The notes under the pieces: model-generated
The model's database searches: none
What the model was told of the DNA's origin: nothing
What the model saw: the letters and a program-made list of their open reading frames with translations, nothing else
IMG/VR virus record: IMGVR_UViG_3300002835_000097
Coordinates: 1 to 64,000 of that record
Reading direction: 5' to 3' (one strand)
DNA length: 64,000 bases
Source: a virus
Taxonomy: Duplodnaviria; Caudoviricetes
Shown: piece by piece, positions 6,439 to 16,447 of the stretch
Numbering within the stretch: position 1 is the stretch's first letter
Layout: each line of letters starts with the position of its first letter
Program-made: the position numbers and the translations under genes

Positions 6439-7434
6439 ATGAAAACAGCAATTGTTACGGGAATAACAGGTCAAGATGGTAGTTATTTAGCAGAAAATTT
6501 ATTAGACAAAGATTACAAAGTTATTGGATTATACAGAAGATCCAGTACCAATACCTTCAATAGAATCAAACATATAGATAATCCTAATTTTATTTTGCAA
6601 GAATATGACATTACTGATCCTAGCGGATGCATATCTTTAATATCATATATCCAACCTGATGAATTTTATAATTTGGCGGCCCAAAGTCATGTGGCCACAA
6701 GTTTCAAACAACCAACTACAACATTTGAAATTAATGCTATTGGTGTTATTAATGTTTTGGAGGCTATTCGACTATTTTCAAAACATACTAAGTTTTATCA
6801 GGCTAGTACTAGCGAAATGTTTGGGCGAAATTACTCAGTTGATAGTGATGGTAACAAATATCAAAATGAAGAAACCTCCTTATTGCCACAAAGTCCTTAT
6901 GCTGTAGCTAAGTTAGCTAGTCATCGAATGGTTCAAATATACAGAGAGGCTTATAACTTATATTGTTGTAGTGGAATACTATTTAATCATGAAAGTCCAC
7001 GACGCGGCGAAAACTTTGTAACGCGTAAGATTACCAGATATATTGGTCGATTAGTTAATAACAAACTACAGCCAGATGAGAAATTGCGATTAGGAAACAT
7101 AAAAGCAGTTAGAGACTGGGGACATGCTAAAGACTATGTTGAAGCTATGAGACTAATGCTAAATAACAATATAGCCGCAAATGATTTTGTTATTAGCACC
7201 GGACAATGCTATAGTGTTGAGCAGTTTTTGCAAATAGCTTTTGGTCTAATAAATAAAGATTGGAATAATTATGTTGTTATAGATCCTGAATTCTACAGAC
7301 CAGCCGAAGTAGATTATCTGAGAGGAAACTCTGATAAAGCTAAAAAGTTACTAGGTTGGGAGCCTAAAATACCATTCGAAGATTTAGTCAAAGATATGGT
7401 AAATCAAGATATTGAGATAACAAAGAATGATTAG
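6439..7434 (+). CDS. gmd: GDP-mannose 4,6-dehydratase
   Basis: TGITGQDGSYLAE, YNLAAQSHV, QASTSEMFG, SPYAVAK, NHESPRRGENFVTRKI, RDWGHAKDYV. Confidence 0.97.
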   Translation: MKTAIVTGITGQDGSYLAENLLDKDYKVIGLYRRSSTNTFNRIKHIDNPNFILQEYDITDPSGCISLISYIQPDEFYNLAAQSHVATSFKQPTTTFEINAIGVINVLEAIRLFSKHTKFYQASTSEMFGRNYSVDSDGNKYQNEETSLLPQSPYAVAKLASHRMVQIYREAYNLYCCSGILFNHESPRRGENFVTRKITRYIGRLVNNKLQPDEKLRLGNIKAVRDWGHAKDYVEAMRLMLNNNIAANDFVISTGQCYSVEQFLQIAFGLINKDWNNYVVIDPEFYRPAEVDYLRGNSDKAKKLLGWEPKIPFEDLVKDMVNQDIEITKND

Positions 7435-7699
7435 AAACTTTGATGATCCTGAGTATAAAAAATGGAGAAATAAAATTTATGCAAGGGATAATCATACTTG
7501 TCAATGGCCAGGATGTTCTAATAAGAAAAAATTGAATGCTCACCATATTCGTCGTTGGGCTGATTTTCCAGGACTACGGTTCGCTGTTGATAATGGAATA
7601 ACATTGTGTAAAGATCATCATAAAGCAATTACTGGTGTAGAAACTTATTATGAGGCTGTTTTTTATAACATAGTAAAACAGAAAAATAATGACAAATAA
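7427..7699 (+). CDS. small HNH endonuclease, terminase-adjacent
   Basis: WRNKIYARDNHTCQWPGC...HHI...NGITLCKDHH. Confidence 0.85.
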   Translation: MIRNFDDPEYKKWRNKIYARDNHTCQWPGCSNKKKLNAHHIRRWADFPGLRFAVDNGITLCKDHHKAITGVETYYEAVFYNIVKQKNNDK

Positions 7700-8180
7700 T
7701 AATACTTATAATAATTTTACCATTATAATAGACACGCGCGAACAACAGCCGTGGAATTTTGAGAGTTATACAACGGCACATAAGAAACTTGATACTGGAG
7801 ATTATAGTATCGAAGGACTGGAAAGCATTCTTACCATCGAAAGAAAAAAGAGCGCTAGTGAATTTGCTACAAATATAGTGGAAAGTCGATTCAAAGATGT
7901 TATTATGCGCTTGAGTCAATTTAAATATTCATTTTTATTATTAGAATTTGACTTAGAGGACCTACTAATATATCCGATAGGCAGTACTGTTCCTAAAAAA
8001 ATGTGGGATAAAGTTAAAATTACTCCAGCTTTTTTAGTTAAAAATATACTTGAATTACAATTAAATCATAATATCAAAGTAATATTTTGTGGTAATGCAA
8101 CTAGTGCTGAAAAAATAGCTGAATTTATATTTAAAAAAATACACTATATCGAAATGGTAAAAAAAACAGATGCCCAATAA
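7689..8180 (+). CDS. ERCC4 (XPF/Mus81-like) nuclease
   Basis: IIIDTREQ...LDTGDYS...IERK signature. Confidence 0.88.
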   Translation: MTNNNTYNNFTIIIDTREQQPWNFESYTTAHKKLDTGDYSIEGLESILTIERKKSASEFATNIVESRFKDVIMRLSQFKYSFLLLEFDLEDLLIYPIGSTVPKKMWDKVKITPAFLVKNILELQLNHNIKVIFCGNATSAEKIAEFIFKKIHYIEMVKKTDAQ

Positions 8181-10194
8181 TACTGATATAATATTTGACG
8201 ATGCATGGTTGGGCTTGGGTGATCTATCAGCCCTGAGTTTGCCTAATAATGTAATGATACACAGGTCTGAGAAAGATATAGAATTTCCAGATCTTCATTT
8301 GATGCGTATATTAAAAAATCCTAAATATATTGGTAGTATGGTTAAATTACTATTTAATATAGAATTACATCCTATGCAAGTTGTAATTTTACAAGAATTT
8401 TGGATACGACCATTTCCAATGTATATTGCTAGTCGTGGTTGGGGAAAATCATTCTTATTAGCTTTGTATTGTATTATAAAATGCACATTCTGTCCTGGTA
8501 CTAAAATAGTAGTTGTCGGTGCTGCCTTTCGTCAGAGTAAAATCATCTTTGAATATATGGAAACAATATGGAGAAACAGTCCTATTTTAAGAAGTATTTT
8601 TAATGGTAATGATGATGGACCACGAAGAGACGTTGACAGATGTACTATCCGATTAGGAGATAGTTGGACAATAGCTATTCCAATGGGTGACGGAAGTAAA
8701 ATCAGAGGATTAAGAGCACATATTATTATTGCTGACGAATTTGCATCTATAAGTCCAGATATTTATGAGACGGTAGTTTCTGGATTCGCTGCTGTTAGTG
8801 CTAGTCCTATTCAGAATGTTAAAGAGCAAGCAAAAAAGAAAGCTATGATAGACGCTGGTTTATGGAATGAAGAATTAGAAGTTCTTAATACTAAGATGGG
8901 AAATCAAGCAATAATTTCTGGAACGGCAGATTATGATTTTAAACACTTTGCTAGTTATTGGAAAAGATATAAAACAATTATAGAAAGCAAAGGAGATAAA
9001 TCTAAATTAGAAGATATATTTAAAGGAGAAGTTCCTGAGAATTTTAATTGGAGAGACTATAGTATCATACGTATTCCTTATGAATTAATACCAAAAGGAT
9101 TCATGGACGATAAACAAGTTAGTAGAGCTAAAGCAACTATTCATAATGGAATCTATAATATGGAATATGCTGCTTGCTTTGTTAAGGACAGTGAAGGTTT
9201 TTTTAGACGAAGTTTAATAGAAAGTTGTGTTGTATCTAATAAAGAAATTATTATTGATGGTAAAAGAATTCTTTTTGATGCGGTGGCTAAAGGAGATCCA
9301 GATAAACAATATATATATGGAATAGATCCAGCTAGTGAACAAGATAACTTTAGTATAGTTATATTAGAAGTTAATTCTACACATTCTAAAATCGTGTATT
9401 GCTGGACTACTAATAGAGCTAATTTTAAAGAACGTCAAAAAACAGGGTTAATTACGGAACATGATTTCTATGGATTCTGTGCTCGTAAAATTAGAAATTT
9501 GATGAAAACCTTTAAGCCCTTAAGGATAGGAATGGATGCTCAGGGAGGTGGTGTGGCTATTGAAGAATCATTGCACGACCCAAATAAATTAGAGGATGGA
9601 GAATTATTAATTTGGCCAACCGTAAATGATGACAAAGCTAAGGACACAGATTCTCAAGCAGGACTACACATATTAGAGCTTGTACAATTTGCTAAAGCAG
9701 ACTGGACCAGCCAAGCTAATCATGGACTTAGAAAAGATTTAGAAGACAAAACCCTATTATTTCCATCATTTGATAATTTGACTTTAGGATTAGCTATAGA
9801 AAAAGAAGGTCAAAATATACTAGAAGCAGATCTCAATCCGTTATATGATAATGTAAGTGAATGCATTTTAGAAATTGAAGAGTTGAAAAATGAATTAACA
9901 ACAATAGTTATGACACAAACAAGTAATGGACCAAATGCCAGAGACAGATGGGATACTCCAGAGACTAAATTAGGACACGGAAAAAAAGGAAGACTTAGAA
10001 AAGATAGATATAGCTCTTTAATAATAGCTAATATGTTAGCTAGACAATTAACAAAAGTGTTAAAACCAGTTGATTATGATGTTATAGGAGCTAATGCAAA
10101 AGACCAATCTAAAAATAACGGAAGTATGTATAAAGGTCCAGAATGGTTTACTTCTAATGCTAATGACGATATTTATACAGGAATTTATAGATAA
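8170..10194 (+). CDS. terL: terminase large subunit
   Basis: Walker A ASRGWGKS, IRGLRA, Walker B IIIADEFA, nuclease GIDPA..D, late KDRYS motif; precedes portal. Confidence 0.92.
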   Translation: MPNNTDIIFDDAWLGLGDLSALSLPNNVMIHRSEKDIEFPDLHLMRILKNPKYIGSMVKLLFNIELHPMQVVILQEFWIRPFPMYIASRGWGKSFLLALYCIIKCTFCPGTKIVVVGAAFRQSKIIFEYMETIWRNSPILRSIFNGNDDGPRRDVDRCTIRLGDSWTIAIPMGDGSKIRGLRAHIIIADEFASISPDIYETVVSGFAAVSASPIQNVKEQAKKKAMIDAGLWNEELEVLNTKMGNQAIISGTADYDFKHFASYWKRYKTIIESKGDKSKLEDIFKGEVPENFNWRDYSIIRIPYELIPKGFMDDKQVSRAKATIHNGIYNMEYAACFVKDSEGFFRRSLIESCVVSNKEIIIDGKRILFDAVAKGDPDKQYIYGIDPASEQDNFSIVILEVNSTHSKIVYCWTTNRANFKERQKTGLITEHDFYGFCARKIRNLMKTFKPLRIGMDAQGGGVAIEESLHDPNKLEDGELLIWPTVNDDKAKDTDSQAGLHILELVQFAKADWTSQANHGLRKDLEDKTLLFPSFDNLTLGLAIEKEGQNILEADLNPLYDNVSECILEIEELKNELTTIVMTQTSNGPNARDRWDTPETKLGHGKKGRLRKDRYSSLIIANMLARQLTKVLKPVDYDVIGANAKDQSKNNGSMYKGPEWFTSNANDDIYTGIYR

Positions 10195-10195
10195 A

Positions 10196-10202
10196 GTGTA
10201 TA
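10196..10202 (+). promoter_or_regulatory. candidate late promoter (A)GTGTATA
   Basis: Intergenic, 55 bp before portal ATG. Confidence 0.5.
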
Positions 10203-10250
10203 AACTTACCAGTAATTGTTTTACAATCCTATTACAATAGAATTAATATT

Positions 10251-12446
10251 ATGGCTAAAAAAAGAACAAAGGATGAAGTTCTCGGAACAGTACACTCTGC
10301 ACCACCAGAAGCCTATGTAACATGGGGAGATGATTTATCTAGCAAACAAGAGGCATTAAAAACAGCAGGAGCATCATTAGACGAGTTTACTTTAGTAGAA
10401 AGAGCAACTGCTGCTGGCGGAAGAAGATATAGTTTGGATTTCTCTAGTTTGGATGGTCTTACCGGTAGTCGCCCAGGATTAACAAAAGACGATTACTACA
10501 CATTTAGGCCACAAGAAGCTCCTCCTAATGAGATAAAAATGATTCTGCAAAGAGCAGAACGAATTTATCAAAGAGTTGGTTTAGTAAAAAACGTGATTGA
10601 TCTTATGGGAGATTTTGCAAGCCAAGGCATACGACTAGTGCATAGAAATAAAAGAATTGAAAGATTTTATCGAAGATGGTTCAAGAAAATAAATGGGAAA
10701 GATAGAAGTGAAAGATTTTTGAATAATCTTTATAAGAGTGGGAATGTTGTTATAGATAGAAGAACAGCTAAATTAAGCATAAAAGCCTCAGACAAACTAT
10801 ATAAGGCTCTTGGAGCCGCCGATATGCAGCTTAATGATATACCAGAATTAAATGTAGAAAAAAGAGAGGTGCCTTGGAAATATACATTTATTGATCCTAT
10901 CTGTATAGAAGTTTCAGCTGGTGCATTGTCCTCTTTCCTTACTGAAAAAACATATGAACTACAATTGCCAGCATCTCTTAGAAAGCTAATAAATAATCCT
11001 AAAACAGAAAACGAAAAAAGAGTTATAGATAGTCTACCACAACAAATAATAGAAGCTGCTAAAAACAAAAAACCATATCCTCTTGATCCTGATAAAACTC
11101 TAGTATTTCATTATAAAAAAGATGATTGGCAGGCATGGGCATATCCTATGATTTATGCCATTATGGACGATATTACAGTTGTTGAGAAACTTAAATTGGC
11201 TGATATGGCAGCCCTTGATGGTGCTATTAGTAATATTAGAATTTTTAAATTAGGAAGTTTAGAGCATAAGATTGCTCCAACTAAAGCAGCAACATCCAAG
11301 CTTGCTCAGATTCTTGGCAATAATGTTGGCGGAGGTACAATGGATTTGATTTGGGGGCCAGATATAGAGTTATTAGAAAGCAATACCAATGTTCATAATT
11401 TTCTAGGAGAAGGTAAATATATTCCTCACTTAAATGCAATATATGCTGGTTTGGGAATACCTCCTACTCTTACAGGAACATTCGGCGCCGCAGGTACCAC
11501 GAATAATTTTATTAGTTTAAAAACGTTAACTCAAAGATTACAATATGGTAGAGATCGACTTATAGAATTCTGGGAAGAAGAAATAGCAATTGTGCAAAAG
11601 GCTATGGGCTTCAAGTTTCCTGCAAAAATTGAATTTGATCGAATGGATCTTAGCAATGAAGATACTGAAAAGGCATTATTAGTACAATTAGCTGATAGAA
11701 ATCTTATTAGCGATGAATTATTACAAACAAGATTTGGTATTGATCCTGATATGGAAAAAAGTAGACTTAATAGAGAAAGTAGAGAAAGAGATAGTAATAG
11801 AATGGTTCAAAAATCTGGCCCATGGTTTGATCCTCAGTTTGAAAATTCATTGAAAAAGATTGCATTACAAACAGGAGTTGTTTCACCAAGTCAAATAGGA
11901 TTAGACTTAGATAAGAAAAAAGGAGGAGAAAAATCTGCTCTTGAAATGAAAACTCCATCAGTTCCATTTGGAGGTGGAAATAGTGGCCCAAAAACTTCTT
12001 CTTTACCAAAACAGCCAGGAGAAGGTCGCCCAAAATTATCTAAAGATAGCGAAAAAAGACAGACTAAAAAATTCTCTCCTCAAACCGGAGCTAAATTAGT
12101 ATTATGGGCATCAGGAGCACAGGAAAAAATTAGCGAAGTAATTAATCCGATTATACTAGAGTTCTTTAAAAAGAAAAATTTAAGAAGTTTAAGTAATACA
12201 GAATCTCAAAAATTAGAAGATATTAAAACTAATATATTATTAAATATTACTCCATTTTCTTCTATAGCAGATGAGTCGATTGTAAATAATTTAAATTCTT
12301 TAGAAAATAATAATGGTATATTAAATCAATACTATATATGGCTAAAAGCTTTACAGTCTGATATTGGTCGAGAATTATCTGTTGATGAGACTAAGCAGGC
12401 TAAAGCATCTTTTTATTCTATGGTGTATACTGAAATAGATAACTAA
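10251..12446 (+). CDS. portal protein
   Basis: Position after TerL; portal-like segments (LVKNVIDLMGDF, AGLGIPPTL, KIEFDRMDL) and low-complexity C-terminal extension. Confidence 0.8.
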   Translation: MAKKRTKDEVLGTVHSAPPEAYVTWGDDLSSKQEALKTAGASLDEFTLVERATAAGGRRYSLDFSSLDGLTGSRPGLTKDDYYTFRPQEAPPNEIKMILQRAERIYQRVGLVKNVIDLMGDFASQGIRLVHRNKRIERFYRRWFKKINGKDRSERFLNNLYKSGNVVIDRRTAKLSIKASDKLYKALGAADMQLNDIPELNVEKREVPWKYTFIDPICIEVSAGALSSFLTEKTYELQLPASLRKLINNPKTENEKRVIDSLPQQIIEAAKNKKPYPLDPDKTLVFHYKKDDWQAWAYPMIYAIMDDITVVEKLKLADMAALDGAISNIRIFKLGSLEHKIAPTKAATSKLAQILGNNVGGGTMDLIWGPDIELLESNTNVHNFLGEGKYIPHLNAIYAGLGIPPTLTGTFGAAGTTNNFISLKTLTQRLQYGRDRLIEFWEEEIAIVQKAMGFKFPAKIEFDRMDLSNEDTEKALLVQLADRNLISDELLQTRFGIDPDMEKSRLNRESRERDSNRMVQKSGPWFDPQFENSLKKIALQTGVVSPSQIGLDLDKKKGGEKSALEMKTPSVPFGGGNSGPKTSSLPKQPGEGRPKLSKDSEKRQTKKFSPQTGAKLVLWASGAQEKISEVINPIILEFFKKKNLRSLSNTESQKLEDIKTNILLNITPFSSIADESIVNNLNSLENNNGILNQYYIWLKALQSDIGRELSVDETKQAKASFYSMVYTEIDN
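12422..12429 (+). promoter_or_regulatory. candidate late promoter GGTGTATA
   Basis: 46 bp before protease/scaffold ATG. Confidence 0.5.
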
Positions 12447-12467
12447 CCAAAATAAAGGTTAAATAAT

Positions 12468-14015
12468 ATGAAAATATATGATCAAGAAAAAAATGACGGA
12501 TTAGAAGAAATTCTAAAAAGTTCAGCATCAATATCATATGCTTGTGTTGTTGAGCCATATGCCGGAAATAAAAAAGACTCAAAATACTTAAAAAGCATAG
12601 CATCTTTTGATGACGAAGATCTATATTATGTTCAATCTATTTTAGTATCATCTTCATGGAACAAAAATGATGATATCTTTGATAAAGTAGAAGTATGGAA
12701 TGCTAAAAATACTCCTGAACACAAACCAACAAATTTAGAACACGATGAACATAGTATTATCGGCCATATTGTTTCGAATTGGCCAATCACAGAAGACGGA
12801 ATATTAATAGATGAAAATACTCCTGTAGAAAATCTTCCAGAAAAATATCATATTTTAACAGGATCAGTTATTTATAAAGGTTTTAGTAGTGAAGATCTGA
12901 GAGAACGATCTTTAAAACTAATATCAGAGATAGAAGACGGTACAAAATATGTTAGTATGGAATGTTTTTTTAAAGGATTCGATTATGGTTTATTAAATAA
13001 GAGTACTGGAGAATATAAAATATTAGGACGTAATTCTGAAACAGCATATTTAACAAAATTTTTACGATCCTATGGTGGAATCGGTGAACATCAAGACTAT
13101 AAAATTGGTAGAGTTTTAAGAAATATAACATTTAGTGGCAAAGGATTTGTAAATAAACCAGCCAATGAAGATAGCATTATATTTTCTAAAAATCTAATAT
13201 CTCCAAATAATAATCTTATTATAAATGATAATAATAAAGAAAAAAATCAAGAAATTGTCAATTCAGGTGTATTAAATATTCAATCCAATATACAATCGGA
13301 GACTTTAATTATGAGTTCAGCTAATACAGAAATTAATACGGAAAATAAAGAAGTGCCAGTTGTTGCAGAAGTTGCAGCAGTAGAACAAGTTGAACAAACA
13401 GAAGTTGTTCAGGTTGCAGAAGTTAATGCTGCAGAATTAACATCAAAAATTGAAGAGTTAACTGTTGCCAATGAAGCACTAAAAGCTGAAATTGAACAAA
13501 TCAAATCAGAAGCAGCTAAAAAGACCGAAGAGCAAATGAAAAAAGAAGAAGAGATGATGAAGAAAGCAAAGAGTGAATTAGAAGCTGCTCTTACCACTAT
13601 CGCAGAATATGTTGCTAAAGAAGAAGCCATGATGAAGAAAGAAAAGAAAATGAAAAGAATGGCTACTTTAATTGAGGCTGGTATTGATAATGAATCAGCC
13701 GAGGCAACAGTTGACAAATTCGAAAGTTTGGATGATGAAGCTTTTCAAGCTATGACTTCTCTTTTTGCTGGCAAAATGCCACCTTGGTTAGAAAAGATCA
13801 AAAAGAAAGAAGAAGAAGAAGCTATGATGATGCGCAAAAAAGCATCAGAAGAAACTTCAGTTGAAGCAGATCCATCGGTGCTAGAAACAGCCGAAGTTGA
13901 AGCTAGTGTAAATTTGGGCGTTGGTAGCGACGATGTAGTATCTGCACTAGAAACAACTAGAGCAGCTTTGATCGAATTTGTAAGTAGTAAACTAGGTAAA
14001 AAAAACAATAAGTAA
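12468..14015 (+). CDS. prohead protease / scaffold protein
   Basis: NKNDDIF, NLEHD..IIGHI, VSMEC, FSGKGFVNKPAN protease-like domain followed by an acidic coiled coil; between portal and capsid genes. Confidence 0.75.
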   Translation: MKIYDQEKNDGLEEILKSSASISYACVVEPYAGNKKDSKYLKSIASFDDEDLYYVQSILVSSSWNKNDDIFDKVEVWNAKNTPEHKPTNLEHDEHSIIGHIVSNWPITEDGILIDENTPVENLPEKYHILTGSVIYKGFSSEDLRERSLKLISEIEDGTKYVSMECFFKGFDYGLLNKSTGEYKILGRNSETAYLTKFLRSYGGIGEHQDYKIGRVLRNITFSGKGFVNKPANEDSIIFSKNLISPNNNLIINDNNKEKNQEIVNSGVLNIQSNIQSETLIMSSANTEINTENKEVPVVAEVAAVEQVEQTEVVQVAEVNAAELTSKIEELTVANEALKAEIEQIKSEAAKKTEEQMKKEEEMMKKAKSELEAALTTIAEYVAKEEAMMKKEKKMKRMATLIEAGIDNESAEATVDKFESLDDEAFQAMTSLFAGKMPPWLEKIKKKEEEEAMMMRKKASEETSVEADPSVLETAEVEASVNLGVGSDDVVSALETTRAALIEFVSSKLGKKNNK

Positions 14016-14041
14016 TCACCAATTAATACGGAGAAATTACA

Positions 14042-14500
14042 ATGGCTCTAAAACCAGATCGTATCGAACTTTTAACTGACGTTTCATTCTTCATGGCATC
14101 AACAGCCGAGCGAGGTGGTGTTGTTAGTGTTGTAACAGCCACTAGTGGTGTTGGCGTTTCGATGGATGATGGCAATGCTGTAGTAGCATATGCTGCTGTG
14201 GCTTCTGGCGCTAAGCCAGTAGGCGTTCTATTAAATGATGTTGTTAATCTTGATCTAACAAGACAACACATCAATTGGCACAAAGACGAGACACAGGTTG
14301 GTGGCAAGGTCACCCTCCTTCGAGTAGGTCAAGTAACAACAAACATGCTAGTTGCAGGCACAACACCATCTGCTGGTGCTGATGCTTATGTTGGTGTCAG
14401 TGGTCTAATTGGAACCAGTTCAACAAATGCTGTTAAAGTTGGTCAATTCCTAAGTGCCAAAGACACCGACGGTTATGCCAAAGTATCAGTTAACCTATAA
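14042..14500 (+). CDS. capsid decoration/cement protein
   Basis: 152 aa, Gly/Ala/Val-rich, directly upstream of MCP with similar high-expression codon usage. Confidence 0.65.
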   Translation: MALKPDRIELLTDVSFFMASTAERGGVVSVVTATSGVGVSMDDGNAVVAYAAVASGAKPVGVLLNDVVNLDLTRQHINWHKDETQVGGKVTLLRVGQVTTNMLVAGTTPSAGADAYVGVSGLIGTSSTNAVKVGQFLSAKDTDGYAKVSVNL

Positions 14501-14530
14501 TTCATTTTTTAAATAAAGGGAGAAAAACAC

Positions 14531-15550
14531 ATGTCAGCTAAAACCGAAAGATTTCAGCCAACACCAGAATTAACAGATCTTCTAATGCGTTCTGGTTCGG
14601 CTAATAGAGAGACTGCTCTTGCTGCTAATGCAGAATTTGCAAAAGCTCTTGAGCTTCCTCTTCGTAAAGGTATCCTTAGTGGCGATATTCTTGATGGTAT
14701 CTTCGAGCCAATTCAATTAGCTCAAAGTGCTACTCCAGAATTCCCACTCGATTTCTTAGCTCCAGGCACAGAAAAAGATTTCGTTGCCTATACAATCCCA
14801 AACCATGGCTACATTCCAGAACGCCATGTTGAAGGTGATTACGTCATGGTTCCAACCTATGACGTTGGTGCTAGTATCGATTATCTTCTAAAGTATGCTC
14901 GTGACGCCCGTTGGGACGTTGTTGGTCGTGCTATGGAAGTTCTCGAAGCTTCTTTTGTTAAGAAGATGAATGATGACGGTTGGCACACACTACTTGCTGC
15001 TGGCGTTGATCGTAATATCGTTGTATACGATAGCGATGCTGCTAGCAGTCAGTTCACCAAGCGTCTAGTAAGTCTCATGAAAACTGTTATGCGTCGTAAT
15101 GGCGGCGGTAACAGCACATCAAATAATAGAGGTTTACTAACTGATCTTTATGTTAGTCCAGAAGCTATGGAAGATATCCGTAATTGGGGTATTGACCAAG
15201 TTGACGAAGTTACTCGCAGAGAAATTTATACTGCTGGTGACGGCACTATCAATAGAGTATTCGGTGTTAATCTTCACGACCTTGATGAGCTTGGTGTTGG
15301 TCAACAGTATCAACTATTCTATAGTTCAGCCACAGGCGGACTAGGCGCTACCCTTCCAGGTAGTAAAACAGAAATAGTTGTTGGATTAGATCAACGTAAG
15401 AGAGATAGTTTCATAATGCCAATTCGTCAAGAAGTTCAAATCTTCGAAGACGAAACACTACATCGTCAGAAGAGAGCCGGATTCTACGGCTGGGCAGAGC
15501 TTGGCTTTGCTGTTCTTGATAATCGTAGAGTTCTAATTGGTGCTCTATAA
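14531..15550 (+). CDS. major capsid protein (HK97 fold expected)
   Basis: 339 aa, position, biased codons, C-terminal GFYGWAELGFAVLDNRRV, followed by terminator. Confidence 0.85.
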   Translation: MSAKTERFQPTPELTDLLMRSGSANRETALAANAEFAKALELPLRKGILSGDILDGIFEPIQLAQSATPEFPLDFLAPGTEKDFVAYTIPNHGYIPERHVEGDYVMVPTYDVGASIDYLLKYARDARWDVVGRAMEVLEASFVKKMNDDGWHTLLAAGVDRNIVVYDSDAASSQFTKRLVSLMKTVMRRNGGGNSTSNNRGLLTDLYVSPEAMEDIRNWGIDQVDEVTRREIYTAGDGTINRVFGVNLHDLDELGVGQQYQLFYSSATGGLGATLPGSKTEIVVGLDQRKRDSFIMPIRQEVQIFEDETLHRQKRAGFYGWAELGFAVLDNRRVLIGAL

Positions 15551-15585
15551 TATCTTTATTTTAATTTATTAAAATTAGAAATATT

Positions 15586-15615
15586 AAAGGCTGGCCCAAA
15601 AGGCTGGCCTTTTTT
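15586..15615 (+). terminator. intrinsic terminator after MCP
   Basis: aaaggctggcc-caaaa-ggctggccttt stem with two G-U pairs, then T run. Confidence 0.8.
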
Positions 15616-15619
15616 ATTA

Positions 15620-15627
15620 GGTGTATA
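15620..15627 (+). promoter_or_regulatory. candidate late promoter GGTGTATA
   Basis: Immediately after the MCP terminator, 50 bp before next ATG. Confidence 0.6.
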
Positions 15628-15669
15628 AGTTTATATATTCTTTACAATGATATAATGGGGCAATAAGCT

Positions 15670-16074
15670 ATGGCAGCTAGTAAATATGATTTTGCTATAG
15701 AACAAGGCACGTCATTTAAAATTAGTCTAATTTATAAAGATGCTAATGGTATTCCAGTAAATTTAACAAATTGGTGTGCTAGATTAATATGGAAAACTAA
15801 TACTGGCCAGACTTATTCATTCAATACTACGGATCCCACAGATGGTGTATATAGTTTTAGTATAGATGGAATCAATGGTAAACTAACACTAATGTTTCCT
15901 GCTATATATACTAATAGTTTTAATTTTACATCAGCTAAATATGATTTGGAATTACAAAGTCCTGATGATTTATATGCTGGTGGAGGTAAATATACTACCA
16001 GAATATTATTTGGAACTATTAGCATAGTTAAACGATTTAGTCAGTCTAATGATGCTTTGGAGTGCTCTGTATGA
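15670..16074 (+). CDS. virion protein, BppU-N-like fibre anchor domain
   Basis: YDFAIEQGTSF...YDLEL...RILFGTI; paralogous to N-terminus of 29909-30868. Confidence 0.6.
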   Translation: MAASKYDFAIEQGTSFKISLIYKDANGIPVNLTNWCARLIWKTNTGQTYSFNTTDPTDGVYSFSIDGINGKLTLMFPAIYTNSFNFTSAKYDLELQSPDDLYAGGGKYTTRILFGTISIVKRFSQSNDALECSV

Positions 16075-16421
16075 GCAATTATATAATTGAAATCACAGAA
16101 CCCATTAATCATATAATTGAAATTGAGACTATGTTTTTGGATACTGTTACAGACAGTATAGAAGTTGAAAGATATGACTCTTTTAATTTGGAAATTGTAA
16201 ATACTGAAAAAATTCTTTGGAGTGATTTACCAGATAATATTCCATTTAGTAAAATAAGTGGAACATTAGATGTTAATAGAATTGATGGTTTGGATCAGTA
16301 TATAACTGAATTTTTAGGAGATAATGCTAGTGTTCATGTTGACGATCTTCTTTGGGGTATTAATAATGTTGGATTGAGTGGGTATTTAGATCAGTATCAG
16401 TTTGATTGCGGAATACCATAA
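16071..16421 (+). CDS. acidic hypothetical virion-associated protein
   Basis: ATGA overlap with upstream gene; ends FDCGIP, similar to the IDGGTP end of the next gene. Confidence 0.6.
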   Translation: MSNYIIEITEPINHIIEIETMFLDTVTDSIEVERYDSFNLEIVNTEKILWSDLPDNIPFSKISGTLDVNRIDGLDQYITEFLGDNASVHVDDLLWGINNVGLSGYLDQYQFDCGIP

Positions 16422-16447
16422 CAAAACATAATCTGGAGTAATACATA

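Noticed and set aside
8170-10194. Intein or intron in terminase or other core genes
   Set aside because: Motifs are contiguous, with no C...HN splice-junction pattern or LAGLIDADG motif noticed.
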